Assembly (NCBI GenBank): GCA_030141605.1 | Contig: JAQGDQ010000169.1 | Location: 310,001-374,000, forward strand | Length of the DNA: 64,000 nucleotides | Reading direction: 5' to 3' | Origin: Tubiluchus corallicola | Lineage: Eukaryota > Animalia > Priapulida | In this document: piece by piece, positions 14,501-27,226 of the stretch | How the letters are laid out: each line of letters begins with the position of its first letter | Position numbering within the stretch: the first letter of the stretch is position 1 | Position numbers and translations under genes: made by a program | The notes under the pieces: model-generated | The model's database searches: none | What the model was told of the DNA's origin: nothing | What the model saw: only the letters and a program-made list of their open reading frames with translations

Positions 14501-16066
14501 AACAGTAGATCCAATAAGATCGTTTAGAGCTGATATTGATTGTTCCATATTATGTTCGGATAATAAGCTACCATATGAGCCTATGCGCGATCGTGACCCA
14601 ATTTATGGGAATATTTCTGGGAACAATACCACAGTAAATCAACAATCTGTTACATATTTCACGCTAATTCGGACGCGGCGAAATTAAGTCAGATAAGGTA
14701 ACTTGCTGTTAACAGATGCAGTTGACGTTATTTAACATTTCCTAGGGTCTAGTAGCTGACACACTTGGGATGTAAACTTCTCGTCACGTAAGCGAACTAA
14801 TTTGCACAGTTTACTTTTCCATGTTTCGAATTTTTTAAGCCAAGATTTTCAACACAGATATGCAATTGAATCACTTTTGTTGGTTTCGTTCATCGCCAAG
14901 GTTTCATTTTTTCAAATATTTCAGGGCACCATGTTTGGCTTCTGGTATGACGAGACTGACTCTTGGTGGGTGGGACGGAACGGCATCACTCACAAATATT
15001 GGGGCGGAGCAGCTCCGGGCAGCGAGGCTTGCGGATGCCATCCACATTGTCATCCTACATACCGAAACAGCACATGTAATTGTGATGCAAATGACGCAAT
15101 GAGATGGTTGTATGATGATGGACTTTTGCTAGATAAAGACAACCTTCCAGTGATCCAGTTAAGATTTGGAGACACTGGGCAGACAAATGAGGAGGGTTAT
15201 CATACACTTGGTCCATTAAAGTGCAGAACAATACATCATCAAGGTAAGAAAATACAATTACCAGGTGTGTATTATCTTTACAAATGCGTAAACAAATAAA
15301 ATGAAATGACTTACTGTTTCAGCGTTATAGAGACGTGAATAACATGATCATGGAAGAAAAAAAATCAGGATTTCTAGGCTGCCTCAACACATAGTATATA
15401 GTGGACATGCACAGTTCACCGTTTCACTGCATTATTTGTAGCTTGTGTTGTGTCATGTGGGCGAATTATCATGCTGACAAACTTATGTTAGAGACACAAG
15501 TAAAAATGACTAGTTTCGGGATGAGGACATGCTGCGAATTATTAGTTTCTTTTGTGTCCCACTCTGTTCTGTGATTTGGCTATTGATTTTATACCTTTGT
15601 GTTTCGCTTTAGTGTTTTTATTTACTGTGATTGTGTGCTTTCTCTACGTGCTCGTATCCGTTTTAGTGAGATAATTTTGTGTTTATAAGATGAACGAGCC
15701 GCTCACTTTCCGCCAAAAATTAGCGTTAGTAATTCCATGTGATTTTTCTTTCGCATGAGGATAAACTACAGTGATATTTTGAAAGGTCGCGGTTTTTCTT
15801 TTTTCCTCGTTTTTTAGTTGTGGGATTTTTTTAAATTCACTATTTAGTAATGTATTCAGTTAAGGTGTGTCCTTTACGACAGAATTAAGTGAAACCGAAC
15901 CAAGTCAGCAGTGAATAGGTGACCACCAGGAAAACTGTTTGCAGGCAGTATCATCTGTCATCTTGTTCCGCTACTGAGAAAAGACGTTTGTTCATCCGAA
16001 TAGGGCTAAGACACCTTTGCTGAATCAGTCTCTCTCTTTCTCTCTCTCTCTTTCTTTCTTTATTTC

Positions 16067-16121
<55 letters not shown>

Positions 16122-16536
16122 GTGTGTCTCTCTCTCTTTCTTTCTCTTCCTGTCTGATCTCAAAAGATTAGCACTAAAACTTAGATGGGTTTTGGTCCTA
16201 CCACAAACATCTAGTTGCCTGCAAATGGACTGACGAGAGTCGACCTTTCAAAGCTTAAAATGACACTCAATGCTAAAGGGCAATGCGTTACAAAATCGGG
16301 TTTGTGGCTATTTGCATGTTAATGCACTCTAATGCGTCTATGGCCTTTACTAGTGTACATTCCTTACTGCTTTTAGCCATGCATGTTTGAGACATTAGCT
16401 CGAGGCTTTCATTTTAGCGTGCTATGCTAGCTACTAGCTACATCTCCCTTCAAATAATGATAATGACGATGACAAGGACGAGGATGATTATAACTTTTTG
16501 TTTTGGTTCTGATGATAGTAAATAAAATTCTTTCTT

Positions 16537-16577
<41 letters not shown>

Positions 16578-19500
16578 CTCTCCTAAGCAATTTTAACTAT
16601 TTTTTACTTTAGTAATAACATTTTTTCAGAGGTCTTTATGGGCACGCTCACGGCGCCTACAGGCTTCAGCTCTCCTGGGTTCTACAAAACATATCCACCT
16701 CCATGGTCTCGCTACACCTGGTCGATTCTCATACCTGCGAATATGATAATGGAGTTGACTTTTCCTGTATATGACATTATGTACGCAGAATCCTACAGCT
16801 CACTGCCTGGATGCTCTTCAGCTATATCCGTGTCTTACACATCCAGCAGAATTCTACATCTCATTGAAAAGAAAGCTGATATGGCTCCGTATTTTATTTC
16901 TGATGGTTCTGAAACTTATCTGAACGTGACCTTAACCACATGTACCCGGATAAACGAGCAAACGTATAAAGGTTTTCAAGCAGTCGTAAGAGGGGCAGGT
17001 GAGTGGATAGTTATTATAAACTTAATGTCAAAGCTCAATGTCATTAATAATAATGAATTTACGAACGAGAGTTAATTCAGTTTTGATACTAAATTTGAAA
17101 AACTGAATGTGTGAAAAAGTTGTAAACAACCTGGATTTGAATCAGGGACCTGCTTTTTACAAGCACACGCCTTTGACCACTAAGCCACCGTACGTCGATG
17201 GTCAATGTAGTCTAAAGTTTATCCATCACAGTTGGCCAACCAAATTCAGCATTTCCTATGTTAGGTCCTTCACATTAGAGTAATTCTAATTAAATTATTA
17301 TTTTATCTTAATTAGTTTTGAGCCTGTAATTGATTGCGGGTTCGTACCATCAGGTGACTGTGTATTTATAGATCGGTAGGCTTGCCTTCATTAGAACCGC
17401 CACTGTTAAAATATTTTAGACCGCCGATTGAAATGACCTAGGAACTAAAAATAGCCCTGCTTTCCTTAAATATAATAATAACATCACATTATATAGCGAG
17501 ACTTGACGTTATTTTAAATTTACGCGATTTGTTAACTCTGCTTTGAAAAAATTCCTACGAGCTGCAACAACTGTTGTGATAAATTGATATTATCGTGATT
17601 TACCACAAGTAAGACGAACATTATTAAGAGGAAAAAATGTCAATTCAAAACGCCGAACTATATGGCCAGTCTGAATATTTGAAGCCATAAGTTGCTGATT
17701 GTTGCTTTCTTTATATTTTTAGAATGTGCCGCATGTAGCGTTGATGTAGACCCCCAGGGAGTGACCATGTGCACGGCAAGATGCGGAATCATCACGTCTT
17801 TCAGATATCCCTATTCACAGTTCTCTTCACTAAATCAAATTTATAACCAATCCTGGATCATAAGAGTGTCTCATAACAAGGCAATAAAAATGAAATTTAA
17901 TGATTTCGATATTTACGGCAACGATAACAACCTTTGTGACTCTGACGTTGGTTCCTTCCGGGTGTATAGTGGTGATGTCGCTGAGAAGTCGAACTTGATT
18001 GGCATTTTTTGTAATTATAACAAGCAGGGAATTATACATGTTCCATCAAGTGACGCCTTACTTTTCTTTAGTGTGAAACTGAAAAGCCTGGGAACTGGAA
18101 GAGGATTTCATCTGACATATGACGCTATTGACAGGGATCAGCTGCCAGAAAATGGCAAGTGAAATATTACAGCTTTTCGTTTCTGTTAATTTTCTTGAAA
18201 TGGACAGACAAAAACACAATAAAACCTGACGTGTTTCACAGATAAATCTATAATTATAATAATATTAAAGATAATTTGATGGCAAATGACACCAACGATG
18301 AAGATGACATTGGCAATAATGACGACTACTGCATCACAAATTTTCCAACAAGAAAAAAGTCTTAATATTTGGACCGTAGTCTAAAGCTTGCGTAGAATTT
18401 TAAATTTAATAACTGACAATTTCTATTTAGTTGATTTCAGTCAACTGGAAAATGTTGCCGAAGGAAAGCCGGCCAGTCAAAGTTCAACTTTTGAAAGAGG
18501 AAGCGCTGACCTTGCTGTAGATGGCAGAAGTTATGTCGAATTAGGAGCTGCTACGTGTGCGCACACTAACTTCGAAGCGGACCCCTGGTGGCGGGTTGAC
18601 TTGCAAGAAAGACATGAGATATACGGTGTTGAAATAGAAGCTCAACCAGAAGATAAGGCAAGTTAAATTTTATGCCATAACTACAGAGCCAAAATCGATT
18701 TAACTAATTATAATTAAACGTAGCTTAGTAACCTAATGCTCGCAATATTTGCTACAGTAGTTACATGACAGAGACCACAAATAAATAATTCATTCTTTTA
18801 TGTCACGTTATGCTTTAAATTTATATATCCAAGATACATTAATATATCTTATTATTTTCGCATTAATATCATTATTTGTTAGGTAACACCAAAGGCTAAA
18901 AGTCGCTGCTGCCATTTAAGTTATAGACAAAGAACTAAAACAGATGCTGATTTTTTTCTATTACTTTTCAGGTAGGAAGTGAAAGGCAAAGCTGGCCTCG
19001 CGGTAAGTATGCTTTGCCAATGCCGTGGACCGGATGTCCTAGTTCTGAACGGTTTAAATGGAAGACGGGTTTTTGGTTTCAAAATCTTGAATACAAAGTT
19101 CCATATGACAGCAAAGTTAGCGACTGGTCTGCGCAGATAAAACTCAAAGGACCACTCACATTCGACGGCCACCTGCACAATTTTTGTGTGAAAGCTGAAG
19201 ATGACGACAATGCCACTGAAACAACAGGAAGAGAATGGCCAGCTGGCAGCTACTGCATTTTTAAGTATGGAGATGCATGTCCCTCTGGTTTTGGTAGTGG
19301 TTCAATCCAGATGATTGACAGAGATGTAGGTGTCCATGACCGACCAAAAGGGTTTGTTGCAGCTGGTGTGTACGATCGTAACACCCAGTTTCATTTTTGC
19401 TGTCGTCGGGATGGAAGTCCTCATGTTCCTATCGATCTGCCAACTGAGAGACCATTTTATTTGTTTCCTTTTGGAGGGCCGGAATGTCAAAAGGTCACTG

Positions 19501-22500
19501 GAATGGTGCAAGACAGGCATTTTCTACACATTGCTGAAAGTAAGGTGAACAAAAGCGAAGCATATCTGCAGTCACTGCTAGTTTTTCCCCATCCATTTGT
19601 GGATTTCAAGACGTTTGAGGGAGATATCCAGTTGTTTTTCTGCTACTATGATATCTGTAAGTACATAAATATCCACATATTTGTGTTGGACATTTTTGTT
19701 TTTTTGGGGAGGGGGGAGAGTTAGGTGTAATATTTTTATATATATTAGAAGCAGCAATCAAGTTGCGATCTGCATTGGTTCTTGTTTTATGATTTACGTT
19801 TTATTCATGCAAAAAATTAGATAAGTCTTATTACGAACGTAATAATATAATATAATATAATATAATATAATATAATATAATATAATATATTATATTATAT
19901 TATATTATATTATATAATATAATATAATATAATATAATATAATATAATATAATATAATATAATATAATATAATATAATATAATATAATATAATATAATAT
20001 AATATAATATAATATAATATAATATAATATAATATAATATAATATAATATAATATAATATAATATAATATAATATAATATAATATAATATAATATAATAT
20101 AATATAATATAATATAATATAATATAATATAATATAATATAATATATCTATCTATCTATCTATCTATACTATATATGTATAGTATATGTCTATAAATATA
20201 TATGTGTATTATATGTCTATTTTTTTCATTTTCGTATTTCTAGATCAGAAGTTGTTAGGTTTCCGAGTTCTAGTGGATGAACACGGTTTTTCAACTGTTA
20301 GGCAGCTGGGCTTCTATGACAACGGCATCCCAGTAATGAGAGAAGGGAAATTTACCAGCAGTTTTTCTTGTCTTGATTACCCTGTAACCGAACCTATGTT
20401 TACTACCCTCTACAAGAACTGCAGTCAGCCTCTAACAGGACAATACGTCAGCATTCTCATTTACGGACGGAGTGATCTGTTAAAATTATGTGAAGTAAAA
20501 GTATACGGGAAAAGTAAGTGCAAGTTTAAATTAGGCCAGAGTGTGCGATTAGAGTCTGATCTCACTTTTTGTGCCAGTTTTACACTAAATAAATGAAGAA
20601 ACATTTTAAAAATTGTGAAAATATTTTACATTATTGCACATAAAAAACGACGCTGTGAGTTCTTGGGCTATGTTTCTGTATCGCGGCCTTGACCTGAGGT
20701 TTCCTAATTCATAGCTTTGAACGCACAATGTACAATATACTGATATGATATTCGTCTTTGTGTCATGTTACACTAATATTACGTTAGCAAGCTCGCAGCT
20801 TTTCAAATTTCTTGTTTTACGAGTTTGCTCTGGGGGAAAGTGCTTAATAATCTGTTTCATCATAAAAGATGTTATCAAGTGTCAATACAGTATTCTTTGA
20901 TTGTATTCCAAAATGCAATTACGCCCAGTCTTAATAAAACATAAAGTTAAGTACAGTTCTCCTGGAAATGAGCAAGTTCAAAGCTTATTAGTTTTCAGAG
21001 TAAATCATCGTCATAGTCTATGAGTAATATCGCGTCATTTATGTCAGGGATTGTTCAGTCTGACAGTTTGATTACTTGTCAGAGGCAATGTGATTGTTCT
21101 GTTTCGTTCCATAATCACTTCCGGCTAGAAACTCGGCCCAGCCAACGCACGCCAGAAAATATTTCACCACTGTTATTAAGTCTGGCAAAGCTGCAGTTCA
21201 CTTGACTTTATAACGGTGTAATATTATTCTGTTTCATGTTTGCAGAGAAGTGTGGTCAGCCACTCGGAATGGCTTCAGAAGAGATCTATGACTTTCAGTT
21301 ACGGTCTTCATCTTACTCCTCCGCAGAAAGATATTACATCAATGCAAGGTTGAACAGAGAATACGCATGGTGTGCACAAGCCAACGACACACGACCTTAT
21401 TTACAGGTTAGTTTTTCATGGAGTCAACTGGCATTGGCCACAATGTTAACGACGATAATGAAAACAATTATTGTGATGCCGACAATTATTCTGAGGGCAA
21501 CAACCACAGCAGTTATGATAGTGATTTCACTGGCGTCATACACAGATGATCATTTTAAGCATTTCACAAGATTCTAGTAAAGGTTATTATTTCCTCGCTA
21601 AAGATGAAATTCTAAACATCCAGAGAGGGCTTGAATTTTTCACATCAAAACTTCAATAAAATTAGTTTTGCGATTTTCTGACTGTCAGCCAGAGTGCTTT
21701 TCCATTTCTAATTTCATATCTGCGTAACAGCAGTGGGTGTTATCCATGACTGATGTGCTGCACAATGCGACCAGTGGGAATTATTCCATTACGTGGCTTC
21801 TCACGATTAAATTTCTCGGTTTTGAATCTAACGAGATTTTGTGCGTTTTAGGCTGATTTGCTTCACAACACGACCATAACGGGCATCATTACACAAGGCC
21901 TGCCACGAATCAACAGAAACACGTTTGTAACCCTGTTTAAACTTGGCTTCAGCATCGACGGTTCTGACTGGTTCTACGAGGAAAGTCCTATTGGGAAGCC
22001 AAAAGTATGCTTAGATTAATTAATGGATGAGTAAGATTAAAAATAACTCTAGGAATCACTAGAGAGCCTAAACATGACCTTATGCTTGGCTTCACTTTTC
22101 TGAATTTTTAACCCATCTGTAAGGAAGAAACTCTAGTAACTCTAAAAGTGTGTTTGGATTGATTAATTGATTAACTGGTAACTTCTTAATAGATACAGTA
22201 GGCAAGTAAAAAAATAGTAATGATGATGATGATGAGTTGCTGGTGATAATAACAACAGTAGTTTCATTTTGTGATTTAAGATCTACACTTGCGAAGAGTG
22301 CAAAGCTCTGAAAAGAATCCGCAAAAACCAAGAAGTTATAAACGACGTTCCTGTCCGGTACAACATGTTGCAGCCAGTAAAAGCTCGCTACGTAAGAATT
22401 TCTATAGAAGCCTATGAACAACAACCATGCTTGCGTTTAGAAGTGTTAGGATGCCGAAGCAATGGTTAGTAATTGTTATTACTTCATGCAATATTATGGT

Positions 22501-25500
22501 TAACCCGATGTACAGGAGGTGCGCGAAGGGCCAAGTTTCAGAATTAAAAATCATTATGCTATTGTTGCATCATTTTACTGTTGTTGCGGGAAAAACATTT
22601 CATCAATCAGATGTAGTAGATAAAACAATAATATAGGTATGGCTAATAGTTTATATTTAAATACCCAATACGTCGCATTTATACTCTGTCAAATTTTAAA
22701 TCATCTGTACTGTATTACATTTAAATGTTGTTTGTTAAAGGAAAATACTTTATGCCACATTTGAATGCTTTGTGCCACGTATAAATAGTCTATGTTGCCT
22801 TCGAGTTAAAATTTACAATTAAGCAGTAAATTCGACAAACACTATGAGGCCAGTCTGCATAAATACGTTAACATCTAACACGGTTGATACTGTTTTAGAA
22901 AACTGCAATTACGTCTTAACAGAAGAAGGTTCAATCAAGTCTCCTCAATATCCACTATATTATGGCCAACAAAAGAACTGCACGTGGACGATAGCGCCAC
23001 CTGATGGCAAAAACGTGCAGGTTGATTTCGTGACTTTTGATATTGCAACGCCCGAATCGCTATGGAAAGGTGGGACTTGCCAGGATCTGTTATCAATATT
23101 CTTCAACCACAAAGGTGGGTCTATGAAGGAGCTAGTACGCACTGGAAATGGAGAAATATTCCCAAAAAAGATCATATCAGACGGCGGCATGATGATTCAC
23201 CTGCATAGTTGCTTTCGTTACAGCATAAGCAGGTTCCAGGGATTTTATCTTAATTACACATTTGTAGGTAAGTTTTCTTTGGAAAATGTAAACCCTGTCA
23301 GCTACTTTGTGAAATTATGAAAAGGATTATATTACCATAACAGTGTAAAGCTCACTAGACCGATCAATATTCCGAGATAAAGCTAGAGGTCTCAGGTGTT
23401 TGCGGTCTCATCGAAGTTTTTTTGGTGTCACTGGTCTAATCAGTGTAATAATCGTCGTCGTCATCAACAACATCATCGTCACCGCGATCATCATCATTGT
23501 TATCATCATCATCATCATCATCATCATCATAATCACCATCATCATCATCATCATCACTATCATCATCGTCATCTTCGCTGTCATCATCTTCTTCGTCCTC
23601 ATTGTCATCTTTGTTGTCGTTGTTGTCACCTTCATAATCAGTCTTTAAAACTTAAAACCACCATAAAAACTCTGCGTCACAAACTTGTAATAAGTGGCTG
23701 TAAATAGTAATCTTGATAATATTACACCTTCAGTACATGCTGATAATTTTCTGAATTTTTTTTATTCTCACTGCGTCCAAGTTGTGTCCACGGTGTCCAG
23801 ATTTGGTGCCAAGGTGTAGGAGTGTCTGAATATGGACTCAGTCTTTTATGTGCAATTCATCCAGTACTCAAATTGCAGTCTATTTATGTTGATGCTTGTG
23901 ACGAGTCCAAAACCTACCTTATTATCAATGACAATTTCTTTAGCATGAGATACTGGCCTGGCAGAGATACCTCAGTCGTATTTAACTATGCATACATCCT
24001 CATTCAAAACGATAAATCACCCGTCTATTTATTAACCATGTCTATATAATAAACAGATTTATTATGCTCAAGCCGGGACGATTTGGTTATTTACCTATTG
24101 ACCTCACCTTTACCAATGTATACACTAAGCTCAGTTTTGTTCAGCTAAAAATTCGAGCTATAATCTTGGCTCCCTCTCTAGTCTGAATTGCGCATTAGGA
24201 TTTCAAAATACATCAAAAAACGCCAAATTGGTTCAACTTGGTAACCGTGACCTTTGACTTCTGCTGAACCAAAAATATGACCGAAATTGGTTCAGTGATT
24301 GCAAACGTGATGTCATCTAGGCGAGGGATTAATTTGACAGCTAAAGTTCTTGTCTGTCTTTGTATCAGTTAAGTTTTATTTGTAGATTGCCCTGGCTGTG
24401 GCATGGGGTATCAATCGTGTGGAGATGGTTTTGACTGCCGAAGTTCTTGTGCTGTCATTGCATCAGTCAACTACCCTCTGCCGTACGAAAGCAATCACCG
24501 CTGTCGCTGGTATATCAAAGTTGAACCACGCCGCTATATCAGCCTAGAGGTACTTCACTTTGATGTGGAAGGAGAAGATGGCTGCTTGACCGACTTTGTT
24601 GAACTTTATGACGGCGAAGTAAACAAAGACAACCTGATAGGCCGTTACTGTAATACACAGAAACCAGAGAGAGTCATCTATTCTAGTTGGAACGAGCTTG
24701 TAATTGAATTCTCAGCGGACAGTTGGGGAACTGCTAGAGGATTTCTGTTTACATACACTGCTGAAGAATACCAGTTTGAATATGGTCTGAGTAATCTACA
24801 CGTGTCTGGTTAGTATACATTTCAAAATCAAGATCATATTTGTTGGTGTGGGTGAACAGCAATTGGTGTGCAAACGTAGGTAAAGATTTTTCCTGTATTT
24901 TGGACAAACTCCCCTATAGACCTTAACATATAGTGAGACTTTTTATTCTTTGACTTAGCAACGGGAGTGTAGTTTGATGCAGCATAAAGCTAAGCGATAG
25001 AGTTAAGATGTTGAACGTGCCTAATGTGTTTTGTGAAAGTTTGAAGGAAAGGTAAAACAGTTTAAAGATTTTTATTTTAGTATTTCTTTTGCTTTCGTAC
25101 AGATTCGTTAACTATACTTATCATAATCCGAATTTTATCAAATTTTCAGGTATTCCTTTTTGTCCAAACGGATGGGAATACTTTGAAGAGAACTGCTACC
25201 ATTTGATGATTCACCCAAAGCCGCTGACTTGGTACTATGCAGAGGAGGAATGTGTTCGACTTGGGGGTCATTTAGTCAGCATCCTCAACAGGAAAGAGAT
25301 GTCCTTTGTACATTTTCTGTTAACTAATGTGTGGAGCCTGGAAAAGGGGACTATGATATACATAGGCGAGTAGTTTGGCTATTATGTAATATTTGATGGA
25401 CAAATCTTCTTGCAGTTCTTTCTATTCCTTTTTTCACTGCACACTTATTTAATGCGATTTTGTGGACTTTGATAATGAAAGTTTTATATACGTGTTGACT

Positions 25501-27153
25501 ATATACTATTATTTCATTACATCAAAATCTTGTTTTTATTACACATCTGATCTTGACATAAAGCTAAATTTTCTTTTTGATCGGTAGTTATAAAGCTATA
25601 GATACACGTTAGTAAGGCTGCAATGTCTGCTACCAATTAGTTTATAAAGAATGCTTATGATGATTTTCATGTTTCCTAATGGGTAACTTATAAACAATTT
25701 GTAACCCTAGACACACTGCTTATCTAATTAATAATGAAGTGTAGTGCATAAATCTCCAATTATTCGAGCTGCAAAATGGAAACACATGAAAGCTCTTTTG
25801 CGTCTCAGCAACCGTTTGTGTGCAAAAGTCACGCTAACTGGAAGTTTCTCTCAGGTCTCACGGACGAAGCGGTGGAGGGCAAGTTTAGGTGGAGTGACAC
25901 AAATCCATTTAGCTACACTGATTGGTGTGAAGGACGAGTGGGCGTGAGAGACAAACAACAACCCAATGGCGGCCAGTTTGAAGATTGTACAGCTTCGCTG
26001 CTACACAGCAGACATTTAACAAGCACTTGGCATGACGTGCCATGCTCTCTTAATACAATCACACATTACATTTGCAAAGCAAAAGCAACAGACCACAGTA
26101 AGTAATAGTAAGCGAACTAATTTCTGAAGTTAATATTTGAGGTAGTTTAATAGTGTCGTTGCTTTTCATTTCAACGATTATAAGTTCAGCTGTTCGATCA
26201 CATATAAGAATTTAGTCGAATTAATAAAGGGCTAATAATGCAGTTGAAATGTATTACCATACATTTAATTTTTTATTTTAGAGGCAATAACACTAGGAAT
26301 TCATGAACAACAGGACATATCAAGAATCAGTTCACCTGAGAATTGTGTTTCTGATCGTTTTTTCACTTGTAGCAATGGAGAATGTGTTTCTTTGTTATAC
26401 TTGTGCGATGGTAAACGCGACTGCAGAGACGGCAGCGACGAATCACACTGTGGTATATAGTATTGGTATTTTGGTATATAGTCATTTACGAAAAGTGGAG
26501 TCGGAGAGATATGGACAGTGAAGTGTATTGAAATGCAAAGTATGTTAAAATCTGGAGTGGAGGCGAGAAGATGCAGATGAGGCTTCGAAAGAATTGGAAA
26601 TTGATTGAAACTGCTTGGTATTGGCCGACATGGAATGGGTTAAAATATTACTAGTACAATGGATGTGTGGAGTAATTTAATTGGAGAGGAAATGGTTGGA
26701 GTTTATTAAATGTCAGTGAATGTGTGCAGTTCAATGAGTAGATCGAGAATGAAGTGGCACGAAATGAAGAAGTGTCGTGTGAAGTGTATGGGAGAGAAGA
26801 GTGCAAGTTGGCTAAGTTAAATGTAAAACAACATAGCATACAATTGAATTAAAAGGCAATCATCGTTTAGTGCCCAGATCGACAAAGCGACTGGTCAACT
26901 CGACCAGAAAAGTTTACCAAAAATGTCATATGGCGCGTTCAGACGTAGCGATTTCTCCCGTAATTTGTTTGCATCTCTCCGATAAGATGTGACCAGTTCT
27001 AACATTTTACATGCGTTATTTTACGTGAGATATCCATTCATTAACAAAAAAGCCTTTCAACTCGTTTAATTGTGAGATTTTTTCGAACCCACTGTTTCAA
27101 CGCGCTATATTATTTTATCTTTCTAAACCTATTTTGAATAGTAATCATCGTCA

Positions 27154-27226
<73 letters not shown>

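Noticed and set aside
17130-17190. Possible tRNA gene (also 35257-35316 and 51822-51893)
   Set aside because: A/B-box remnants only; I could not form proper acceptor and anticodon stems, and they are embedded in repeated elements.
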